Below are positions 36,879-48,078 of a stretch of DNA of 64,000 nucleotides, piece by piece. The translations under genes and the position numbers were made by a program. Origin of the DNA: Mizuhopecten yessoensis (Eukaryota); contig NW_018480044.1 of the NCBI RefSeq assembly GCF_002113885.1, forward strand, positions 62,001 through 126,000. Reading direction: 5' to 3'. The notes below the pieces were generated by a model that worked only from the letters and a program-made list of their open reading frames with translations, had not been told where the DNA came from and did not search any database. Each line of letters starts with the position of its first letter. Position 1 is the first letter of the stretch.

Positions 36879-37412
36879 CACTATTGAAAAGAATACTAGT
36901 AACGTATCTATTTATTCTATTTATAGATGGACACTGGTACCACTCGCCCAGTTCACCTACACAGGACGAGCTGTACCGATCAAATGCTGACGTTCGCTCA
37001 GTGGGGCAGCTAGCTTGTGACGGATTTTTTTCACGAAGGTGTCGGTGATTACATTATTTGCCATAAGTGTGGGAAAACACTGAAATATTGGGAACATAAA
37101 AACTGTTCTGTAGAGTGTAGTGATCGTCATTCCATCCTATCCTCCAGGTGTGGATAGAAAGCATATTAACATGGAACGTGAAATGAATGCTACACTTTTG
37201 AATTCGTCAGTCATCAGTATGGGCATTTTATTTAAACTGACGTATGCAAACCATGTTCGAGAAATCATTAGTGAAAGACAATTTGGTATAAAAGATGCCT
37301 TTATTCATCTGAACGATATCAAAGTGATCCGAGACTTCATTCGAGAAACTGTTCGATTTAAAATAGAAAGAGGTGTATGAAACGCTTTCATATCACAATT
37401 GTATAGTGCTAT

Positions 37413-38401
37413 ATATTCAGAGCTTGGACGATTATAGCTTACAAAAACCAGCCAAGCGTTCTTTCAAACGAGTACGAGTGGAAGTCTCGGGTCTTAACGA
37501 GGAATTTCAGGTCGATCTTGCCGATGTATGGAACCTCTCTAAACAGAATGGTGGTATCCGGTTCCTTCTCGTGGTCATAGACGTATTCAGTCGCTTCTTA
37601 TGGGTGGAACCTACAAAGACCAAAACAACGAAAGACGTATAAGACGCATTCATAAAGATCATCGGCAGGAGTAGAAAGCCGAAGTGATTGTATACGAACA
37701 AGGGTAAAGAGTTTACGGAGAAGTTGATGACTCAATATTGCAAAGTTAATGGTATTAAATACTTTACTAGTCACAATGACCAGAAAGCTGCCATAGACGC
37801 GCGCGACATAAGGAATAAAGACTAGGATGTATAGATAGTTCACGAAATACAGAACGTATGTGTATGCAGACAAGATTTCGTCAAGAGTTACAACGTCACA
37901 CCCCACAGATCGTTAAACGGTACAGCTCCCAAAGACGTAAACAAAACAAACGAAGCCGATCTCTTTGCATACATGCACCTCATAAATAAACGTACAAGAC
38001 GTCCAAAAAAGTAAACCGTTATGTCAAAGAAACGAAAAATAACATTTTAATTTAATATAGGAAGTCTCGTGAGAATTTCACACTTAAAACAACCGTTCAC
38101 AAGAGCCTATCAACAGCAATGGTAATTAGAAATCTTCAAGGTTAATAATCGTTTCCTACGTCAAGGCATACCACAGTATCGACTGATTGACTTTTTAAAC
38201 GAACCAATCACAGGGAACTTTTATCAATCCGAACTACAAAGGGTGGACAAGGACGAAAACGCGTTATGGTTCATTGATGAAAAATTGAAAAAGCGTAAGA
38301 GAGCTGGTCAAATCGAATGGTTCCTAAAATTCGACGGGTGGCCATCTAAATATAACCAGTGGATAGCGGAGAAGGATATCAGAGACGTAAGCAAAGCCTA
38401 A
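37413..38401 (+). pseudogene. Polinton retroviral-like (rve) integrase with C-terminal chromodomain; 5'-truncated, with stops and frameshifts
   Basis: FQVDLADV, LLVVIDVFSRFLW, TNKGKEF, YNVTPHRSL, GSLVRIS, GNFYQSELQ, and chromodomain FLKFDGWPSKYNQWI. Confidence 0.92.
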
Positions 38402-38402
38402 G

Positions 38403-38550
38403 ATGTCACATTACTTAGTAATTCACAGTGATGGAAGTGAGAAATATTTTCCAAAAACAAACCTTACCATTTCGGTGTACATTTCCAAACACCGCTAAAT
38501 CTATACGGAACATTGAAAGTGGCGTTGATGGACATAACGTTAACTCTATA
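38403..38550 (+). pseudogene. N-terminal fragment resembling Polinton minor capsid (penton) protein
   Basis: MSHYLVIHSDGSEKYFP(fs)NKPYHFGVHFQTPLNLYGTLKVALMDI fits the S..S..YFP.N....F...L..P..L.G.W.V.L.EI pattern; starts 1 bp after the integrase stop. Confidence 0.65.
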
Positions 38551-38774
38551 TCACTCCTATTTCAACTGGGACAATGAGCCACAATTGTAATTTAACAGGT
38601 GAATTCTTATCGGAGTTGATTTTATCTATTGTTTTTATTTTAATTTTAAATTGGATCATATATGTTTTGTGTGTGCAAGATGTGAAAAACTGTGCAGAAA
38701 CATGTACTTGTTTAGCGTAAAAATGTACAATAACTTTGGTATAGAGTTTTTTAAGTTTGGTCCCGAATTTATCA

Positions 38775-39512
38775 AAATCTCTTAAGAAAACTCTAAATCT
38801 CCTTGATCAGTTTTCGAAGTATTCTGGCTTGACACCGAATTTTGAAAAAAAACAACTAAGGCAGTCTGGATAGGTTCCACAAATAGACGATGTAATGAGT
38901 GGAACCTTGAATTGACCAATGAACCTATTTAGCTTAAAACTTGAAGCTATTCCAAAATTAAATTTTAAAACCAAACTTAGTGATATCAGTAATACACTAA
39001 AACATTTTGTATAAAAGAAGACTGTCTGTCCTCGGTAAGATTACGGTAGTCAAATCTCTATTAATTCCAAAATTGACTCATTTATTTATGAGCTTAGCTA
39101 AACCAGAAGACAAACTTACTAAAGAAATAGAAAATACGTTTTTCAATTTTATCTGATAGATAAATATAGCTAGAAATCAGATTATACAAGATTATAAGGA
39201 TTGTGGATGTAGGATGACGCACCTTGAATACTTTAATAAAGCATTAAAATTAACCTGGATACGGAGAATTCTCAATTCTGACGCTACCTGGAAAACATTA
39301 CAACACAAATGTCAAAAAGTTGTCAACTTTGGGTGACAACTATTACAAAAGACTATCACAAAGATATAAAAGCCCATTTTGGATGGAAGTTTTTAGTACA
39401 TTTGCTGAATATATCATAAAACTTAATATTAAACCCCTGACCTGCTAAAGCTACCATTATGGTTCAATATTCAGATAAAAGTAGATAACTCCACAGTTTT
39501 CTATCAAAGATG
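38775..39512 (+). mobile_element. Tx1/L1-clade LINE ORF2 fragment (end of RT and thumb), degenerate
   Basis: LDQFSKYSGLTPNFEK/TKAVWIG, LSVLGKITVVKSLLIPKLTHLF, FNKALKLTWIRRIL, PFWMEV, PLWFN. Confidence 0.85.
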
Positions 39513-41450
39513 GTGATCTCGCACCACAGTACTGCTGTCCGTGAAATGTTGCCGCATATGTGACATCGACTACTTGACATCGACTACTTGTCATGAAAAA
39601 ATGCTCGTCCTGAAGAGTCATGACGAGCGGTTCTGGGTGATCTAAATTAACTTTGGTTTGTTTTTCTTCCTCTAAGATGTATTCCAAAAACTTTTTAAAC
39701 GTTGTCCCCCTGTAAATAACAGGCGGTTTCGTATATCTTTCTTCCATACACACGACTTGGTATCCAAACCCACAGGTTTCGAATTTTGTACTCTTAGTCG
39801 TGCTTGAATAGTCTGGATTTGGATCACAAGAATCTATACAAATGTTTCGAAATCGGCATAGATGATGAAAGGTACTTTCATTTGTTGTTGAAATACCTGA
39901 AATGATAAGAGAGCATCGTCTTCACTGGGAAATTCTACTCTCTGTGTCTTGTGATTAGAACATAGTTCCACATGTTTGTTTAACAATATGCTACTCGTAA
40001 AACCCTGCAAACAATGCTGGCAAAAATGTGTTTCATGTATTGTTTTTTTCGTTCTACTCAAAAATGTGTTTCATGTTTCGTTTTTTTCGTTCTACTCAAA
40101 AATGTGTTAAAATTTGAAAGGAGACAATAATGTGTTTTTACACCTTCTTGCAAAAAGAGCAGATTGACGTGATGACGGGACTGTTTCGTCTTTGTCACGT
40201 AAATGGGATAGACGGTTTTATCCTCGACCCCAAACACGTTTACTGCTATATCGTTCTGTCTTTCGAGTTTGTCGATTTGAGAGATGGAGGCGGGATACTT
40301 GATACCTGTCATATTTAATTCGCATTTGTACTTCTTGCAATGAGAAACGCGTTCGGGTAGAGACTCGACCGGATGGAGAGACGCCAAAACCGACCATAGA
40401 AAGCACTTTTCGTCACGATTAAGGACATTGATCAAATGGTGTGTATGAAAAGTGGATGGAGTCGGTATGTAAGAGGAACCATTCAGAGGTGAGTAATTTG
40501 AAACGTGTATTTCTAGTTTGATGATTTTCTTGAGTACCCATGCAGACCCTTGTAGAACGAATTTCTCCAATGAAGCAAACATTTTCTGATAAGCTTCATT
40601 AATATCGTGTTCTAGACCCGGTTCATTTGGCATCAATTTGTATGTTTTACTCAAGAAATGTGGTGTGGTCTGCACTACATTACCTTCTCGATCTTCCTTT
40701 TCCAATGATATACGAATGTTTAAGTACCATTTAATCCCATTCAAACTCTCACATAGATTTTGTACATGTTCCATCACTTCCGTTATTGAATAAGTAACAA
40801 ATGTGAGCATGTCAGTACTGTCCTTGAAATTCGGATTCTTTTTTCTGACATTAGCATTTCCTCCTAAACTCACATCGTCTTAATCATTATGACGTTGTCC
40901 TTCTTGTGCAGGTCGTGGAGTCCTAGACGGCTCTGGTAGTGGCGACTGTACACCGGAATGTCCCGGTAGCAGTGAATGTACACCGGAAGGACCCGGCAGC
41001 GGCGACTGTTTACCGGAAGGTCTCAGTAGCGGCAACTGAACACTGGAAGGGCCCGACAGCGGCGACTGCAATCGCAACTTCTCGGCCAATTCCGGCTAGG
41101 CGCGGAATCCCGAGAAGTTGCGATTTTGGCGACTGTATACCGGAAGGTCCCGGCAGCGGCGACTTAACATCTGAAGGTCCCGGCAGCGGCGACTGATCTC
41201 GCATTGGTGGTGGGGTTATTGAGGGTTCAGGTAGAGATGCTTGAATGGCTCTTTCTCCTCCAGTCTGTGTTAATCAATGACTTTTGTTCACGTGTGCTTT
41301 CAAATTATATTTCCTTGTGAAGGACTTGTTGCAGAAGTGACATTTGTGATTACTCTTTTTGTGTACGTTTTACACGTGCTTCCTTAAGTTATTTCCGTCG
41401 TTATACACGTTCCCACATACTTTACACCTTATAGACTGTCTGGATCTAAC
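39512..41450 (-). pseudogene. Protein-primed family B DNA polymerase (pPolB), N-terminal half, disrupted and 3'-truncated
   Basis: Two C2H2 fingers, (QSPLPGPSG)n, GSSYIPTP, INVLNRDEKCFLWSVLASLHP, HYCLLSNF, FCQHCLQGF...HVELC, ExoI IIYADFE, CGFGY and VRDH. A 38-bp tandem duplication at ~40021-40108 shifts the frame. Confidence 0.88.
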
Positions 41451-43163
41451 ATGGACTGCCTGGACCTTTGCCTGGACCTGTTACTTTCCCTTACTTTAAC
41501 ATTAGCCTGGACCTTTTACCTTCCCTTACTTTAACATTAGCCTGGACCTTACTTTCCCTTACTTTAACATTAGCCTGCACCTGTTACTTTCCCTTGCTTT
41601 AACATTAGCCTGGACCTTTTATTTTCCCTTACTTTAACATAAGCCTAGACCTTTTACCTTCCCTTACTTTAACATTAGCCTGGACTGCCTGAACCTTTTA
41701 CCTTCCCTTACTTTCACATTAGCCTGGATCTGTTACTTTCCCTTACTTTCACATTAGCCTGGACCGGATACTTTTCCTGACTTTAACATTAGCCTGGACC
41801 TTTTACCTTCCCTTTCTTTAACATCAGCCTGGACCTGTTACTTTCCCTTACTTTACCATTAGCCTGGACCTGTTACTTTCCCTTACTTTACCATTAGCCT
41901 GGACCTGTTACTTTCCCTTACTTTACCATTAGCCTGGACCTGTTACTTTCCCTTACTTTAACATTAGCCTGCACCTGTTACTTTCCCTTGCTTTAACATT
42001 AGCCTGGACCTTTTATTTTCCCTTACTTTAACATAAGCCTAGACCTTTTACCTTCCCTTTCTTTAACATCAGCCTGGACCTGTTACTTTCCCTTACTTTA
42101 ACATTAGCCTGGACCTTTTACCTTCCCTTACTTTAACATTAGCCTGGACTGCCTGAACCTTTTACCTTCCCTTACTTTCACATTAGCCTGGACCTGTTAC
42201 TTTTCCTTACTTTAACATTAGTCAGGACCTGTTACTTTCCTTTACTTTAACATTAGCCTGGACCTTTTACCTTCCCTTACTTTAACATTAGCCTTGACTG
42301 CCTGGACCTTTTACCTTCCGTTACTTTAACATTAGCCTGGACCTGATACTTTTCCTTACTTTAACTTTAGTCTGGACCTGTTACTTTCCCTTACTTTAAC
42401 ATTAGCCTGGACCTGTTACTTTCCCTTACTTTAACATTAACCTGGACCTGTTACTTCCCTTACTTTAACATTAGCCTGCACCTGTTACTTTCCCTTACTT
42501 TAACATTAGCCTGGACCTTTTACCTTCCCTTACTTTAACATTAGCCTTGACCTTTTACTTTCCCTTACGTTAACATTAGCCTGGACTGCCTGGACCTGTT
42601 ACTTTCCCTTACTTTAACATTAACCTGGACCTGTTACTTCCCTTACTTTAACATTAGCCTGCACCTGTTACTTTCCCTTACTCTAACATTAGCCTGCACC
42701 TTTTACCTTCCCTTACTTTATCATTAGCCTGGACTGCCTGGACCTTTTACCTTCCCTTACTTTAACATTAGCCTGGACCTGATACTTTTCCTTACTTTAA
42801 CTTTAGCCTGGACTGCCTGGACCTTTTCCCTTCCCTTACTTTAACATTAGCCTTGACCTTTTACTTTCCCTTACTTTAACATTAGCCTGGACTGCCAGGA
42901 CCTGTTACTTTCCCTTACTTTAACATTAACCTGGACCTGTTACTTTCCCTTACTTTAACATTAGCCTGCACCTGTTACTTTCCCTTACTCTAACATTAGC
43001 CTGCACCTTTTACCTTCCCTTACTTTAACATTAGCCTGGACTGCCTGGACCTTTTACCTTCCCTTACTTTAACATTAGCCTGGATCTGTTACTTTTCCTT
43101 ACTTTAACATTAGTCTGGACCTGTTACTTTCCCTTACTTTAACATTAGCCTGGACCTTTTACC
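41450..43163 (-). repeat. 35-bp tandem array (~45 units), reverse complement of 35255-35612; right TIR-like region
   Basis: Unit tttaccttcccttactttaacattagcctggacct. Confidence 0.95.
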
Positions 43164-44749
43164 AGGAGAATTTGTTTAAGCTATATTTGGACCCAAGCTA
43201 AAATTATTCTTATTACTCTAGCTAAGGTCCAAAAATAGCTGTAACAAATGCTGATGTCCCTGTCGTTTCCATGTGATGACCCACGGTGCAAGCAAATGGT
43301 GGTTAGGCAGAACCCCTGGGGCATGAGTGCATTCATATGTTTATGGCCACAAAGAGTACATTGTTATAGAAAGGGAATCTCGACTGTTTCCAAGTATATA
43401 AGTATCCGTTGTACTGGCCTATGGGGCCCCAGGGATCACACCAACCGCCTGAAGAGCCTGAAGATGGGCGAAACTACTTGCGAGATTTAGTCTTTGGTGT
43501 TTTGTTTTATTTATATTTCTAAGACCACATGTACGTTTAACAATTCTTACTGCTATATATATGATCATCTTGACCAGGTGTTTTTTTATACCATATATAT
43601 TAAGGTGAAGCAGAGACATACAACGCCATATAGTATAATATATGTATCGGGATATACGTCTCTGGGAGAAATTTTAAGTAACACCGTAGTTTCCCCCATT
43701 GGGCCCCAAGTCTCTGGCACCAGGTGATGCTCCAACTTCATAAATATATAAAATAGTATCGTCCTGCTCCAGTGACGTTTAGGATTTAAAAGGCTTCAAC
43801 CTATTCTGTTGTTCAGTATAGGACATTTAAAAAAATCAATTTGGTTACAGTCTACATTATGTCGCCATTCGGGAAGAATAGGTTTTAAAAAGCCAACTGC
43901 TCCACATTGCCTTTGGCTTATAACAAAAGTCAAAGCAGATTCAGAAACAAACTTGAAGCTCACTGCTTATATAACTCTGAAATATCAAAAAATAAGAATA
44001 ATGATTACCAATTTCTGTCCACCAAATTAAACGTAGGCAGATTGACGTGTTGTGTATTACTTTGATTTCGCTACAAAAGTCGTGTTATGTCCTAGTAATT
44101 CTGTGTCGTTAAAGGTAGGATTTTCACTGACCTCTGGAAATATTTCTCTTCTGGCAAACACAGACTCCGTGAAGTCACTATATTCTAAACATTAAGAACA
44201 TTTTCAATTCTCAGAATCGGATAAATCTAAAGGGCTAGATTTCATCAAACGTTAATTAAATCAGTCAAGTTTCTATGAATTAATGTTAAGAAATAATCTC
44301 TTGACCTTAAACAATGAAAGAAATGTAAAAAAAATAACCCTTGTACCTTTGTAAAGAAATATGAATGTAAAATTGGAGAAAACGATATATTTATGTTAAC
44401 GTTCTAAGAGTTAAGAAATTTCGTGATTTCATATCCAGAATATTTTAATGTGACTTTGACCTCGAAACCAACAGATCTTTGGGATTCCTCACATACCAAT
44501 GTGTGGTCATCGTGTACAATTTATTGCAAGATCAAGAAAGAGTAATGGGTCATTTCGAGAGTGGAAAAGGTTTCAATCATTTTGAATGAGTGGACAACCG
44601 GTGGAGATTCAGTGTCCTAAATAGAGAGATAAATACTGCATATAGAATCCAAATAATATACTACACTTTTATTTCAGTGTCAATAGTTTTTCTTGAGTAA
44701 TCCTACGGAAGCGGTGGGAGGATAGCTTCTCATATTCTACGTCAGAGTC

Positions 44750-45018
44750 CGGCCCGTATTTCATGAAACTGTTCTGAATGCTCAATCATGGATTTTGTGC
44801 TCAAGCCTAATTTCTTTCTCCGGGTATAAAATGATAAAAACAAATCTTAATTTGTCAATGATTTGGAAACAATTGAAGATATTTCAAGCCGAATGCTGTT
44901 TTCAATGTTTACATTTGACTTTTTGATTGTTTGACATGATTAAGTGAGTTACAACAAAGCTGGTTTGAGCAAAGAATCCATGCTTCAGCATCATAACGGT
45001 TTAATGAATACGGGCTCA
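44750..45018. mobile_element. MITE with ~55-bp imperfect TIRs
   Basis: gcccgtatttcatgaaactgtt...catggattttgtgctcaagcc pairs with ggtttgagcaaagaatccatg...aacggtttaatgaatacgggc. Confidence 0.75.
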
Positions 45019-45909
45019 GAGGTGATTTTATAAAACGATCACAGTTAAGTTGACCTTTAAATCTTTAAACTAAAAAATACTGTTTGTTTTATCTTCATCG
45101 TGACCCTTGGTTGTGACATTGACCTTAAGGGGGAATGGACCACGAGTTGTACGCCACACCTTGTATGTACTGAGGACGTCATTGGAAGTGAAAACTTCTT
45201 TCAGCGTGTCAAGGTGATATATGACGAGGAGAATGTTAAGGGATCGCTATGGTTATGAATCTCTAACGATTCTTTGTTGATTGTTTTGAAATAGGCCAAC
45301 CTAAATACGTTCAAGTCATTATGCAACAGCAGCTCTTCAAATTTTTAAGAAAATGAGATTTTATAGTCGACATGTACTTTAACAATTTTCCAGTACAATC
45401 AACTAAGAACTTGTGGCCTGACCATCTGGATAAATGCTGGGACATCGAATAGACCACATGACATGTGACTAGCTTTACCAATACCCAGACGCACGATCAA
45501 ATACATGAACAGCCAAGAATTGCGCTTTATTTCCGTGAATGTAATCTACGATAGTGAAAAGTAAATCTACGAAAAGGGTTTTTGATTTTTGTTTCTCTTT
45601 GACCAATGTCACACGAGAAGTATTTTGTGAAAACTGACATGTTATCTGTTGTCTATTACACCTCTATTTATGTTAGTCAACACATGATCACCCTTGTAAG
45701 CGCGCCGCTCTGCCTTTATGACGCATAACAACCGACATGTGGAATCGATTCAGCAGGGTGGGCTAAGCTCCAGCCCTTGCCAATCCCCCTCTTCAGCAGG
45801 CTCGTCAGTGTTCCCGTACACTTCGACACGATAACGTCAACGTCTCGTTTATCCTAGGTCGTTCTCGGATACTGGTGACATCTAGGACTTGCAGATTCTC
45901 GCCGTTACT

Positions 45910-47559
45910 ATGGCAGTTTCAGCGGCGTCGGCCGGAGGCTGTTCTGCGGCTCGAAGGCATGATTATGACTATAGGAACGACGACAGCATTCGACTTCCAC
46001 GGTTCAAGAAAACACCGAAACAGGGTACGTATGTGAGGGCTGGGCCCGGTTATGAATCTCCATAGACAAGTAAATAGTCAAACACAAACATTCCACAGAG
46101 TACACACTGTTATATGTAAGTCAAGTACACCGTTACTGCTTATCTATAAATAGCATCCGAGGTTTCCCGCTCTATTCTCCATTATTGATTGCCAAAGTCA
46201 ATAACGCAGTACAGTGGCCTATGTATACAACATTAGCTGCTGGGATGACGTGTTCCCTATCAAGAATGCGTGCGTAATACTCTCCTAACCTTGATTTGTT
46301 CATGGTTTGCAATAAAACATTTGCCTCATAAAAGACCATAATACAATAAGTAAAGTGTGTACATCTATATATTAGAACCGTGCATCTACCTAAAATAGAC
46401 ATTTGAAGTCATCAAGGTTACGTCAAACGTCGGGGACAAATATACCCACCAGCTGTATGGTGCCGTGTTATTCATTTTTCAAATACTGTATCTATAGGCC
46501 CAATCACGTGTGTGTGTCTTGCGTCATCATTGTATTCCCCGATGTTGCCCCTTTTGGTTAGTGATCTAATATGCACTTTTTACTCGCTATTTATTTGAAG
46601 TTAACATGTTCTCATCTAATGCTTATAGTTCATAAAAATACAACCCGCTGTAACTTTTACCAAAGTGACCACGTGTGTTCTTTGTACGGAGTTTATAACG
46701 TCCTCGCCATGCAAGTTATTTCAAGACGGGTGCCTAAGGAGACACCAGCCGCAAAGAAAGAGTAAAGAACTAAGTATATCAGAGATATAGAGCCCAAAAT
46801 ATTGCAATGGGATTAATATAATCTTCCCCTGCCCTGAGGGTGTGACAGAGAAATCTCCAACCCGAGGGGCGATGTTTTTTGGCTGTCTAACCCGAGGCTC
46901 TACCGAGGGTCAGACAACCAAACAAATTACCCCGAGGGCCATTTGTGCTAGGAAGGATAAAACCTGGTGTTTCGAAATAGTAATTGTGCCCAGCTTCGTT
47001 AAGGAGCATCGCCGTGTAAATCTATGCCATATCCAAGTAATATCATGTCTTCAAAGCGAGAAGCGGGGTAGAAACCACAATGACAGAATTCTACAATGAC
47101 GCCAACGAAATACGTGTAGCTTTAGTATAACCAAAATGTCAAACTAAATAGGGTATTAACCCTAGTTACGCTGGCTTTTGACCTTCGTGTAGACTGCTTA
47201 CAGTACCCTTATACCCATGATGAAGTCATACGTATTGGAATATTTCAATACGGTGGGCAAATCAACTTATAATATGTACAAAAGCTACGTTTAATGTATC
47301 TTACAAAATTATCCAAATAATTCCCCGAATTGCACTTTCAGAACAAATTATTATTTACCTTCACGATAACTTTAAAGATGACTTGGAGTTTTTGAGGAGT
47401 CGCACACTTACATACACTTGTATCGTTGTTGTATTCTTTGTGGTATAAACCTGGTTGTTAAATAAATGAGTAATCTATTATTATTTTACTGTAAATGGTA
47501 ATGACCAGTGTTGATTTGTATTTTTTCTCTGTATGATTATAACGATACAATGATATTGC

Positions 47560-47593
<34 letters not shown>

Positions 47594-48078
47594 CATTGTA
47601 TGAAATAAAATGAGATGTTGTATATAAAAAAAAGTGATTATGAAGATGATGAGGATGGTGCATGTCTGTGAGATGTGTTGGTAATGAAGCTATTGTTTAT
47701 GATGGATGATGCTTGATGTATGATGATTATGATAATTGCTAAATTGATGAAGATGTATATTGCACATTAAAATGAAAATAAAAAATCAAATTAAAAAAAA
47801 AAAAAAAACTGTTAAAGGGAAATATTTGCAGGTTGATTACACAAGTGAAAAAATATCCCCGCGCGAAAATTTCAATTTGTATCAGTCGAGTTCCAATGCG
47901 AACATTTCCAAATGTACAGTATATATGCATTCTTATAAATATAGTGGTATACCAACGATTTGTGTCATCGACAGGTAAAAGCACAAACACCAAAACACCC
48001 AAGCCGACCTCAGTGAGCAGCTCCCCGAAGAAAGACGACGGGACGCAACCACCAAGTGCCAAGTGCAATGTCTTGTAG
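45910..48078 (+). CDS. Candidate two-exon 72-aa basic microprotein ending in a CaaX box (CNVL); exons 45910-46024 and 47975-48078
   Basis: ATG with an upstream in-frame stop; donor CAGG|gtacgt and acceptor catcgacag| are both phase 1; both exons are GC/CpG-rich relative to flanks; no recognised homology. Confidence 0.5.
47563..47735. repeat. (GAT)n microsatellite with a degenerate extension
   Basis: gatgatgat run at 47563-47593. Confidence 0.85.

Larger units (their letters stand above)
35255..43163. mobile_element. Decayed, internally deleted Polinton/Maverick (adintovirus-like) element
   Basis: Chromo-integrase and penton-like start on +, pPolB N-terminal half on -, bounded by inverted 35-bp arrays. 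True termini and TSD were not identified. Confidence 0.85.

Noticed and set aside
35220-43230. Exact Polinton termini (AG...CT) and 6-bp TSD
   Set aside because: Candidate ends near 35228 and 43222 do not form convincing inverted termini or a duplication, so boundaries are given only to the array edges.
45910-48078. Identifying the CaaX microprotein as a G-protein gamma subunit or Ras-family tail
   Set aside because: It has no G-gamma helical or NPF motif and no GTPase motifs or upstream GTPase exons in the window.
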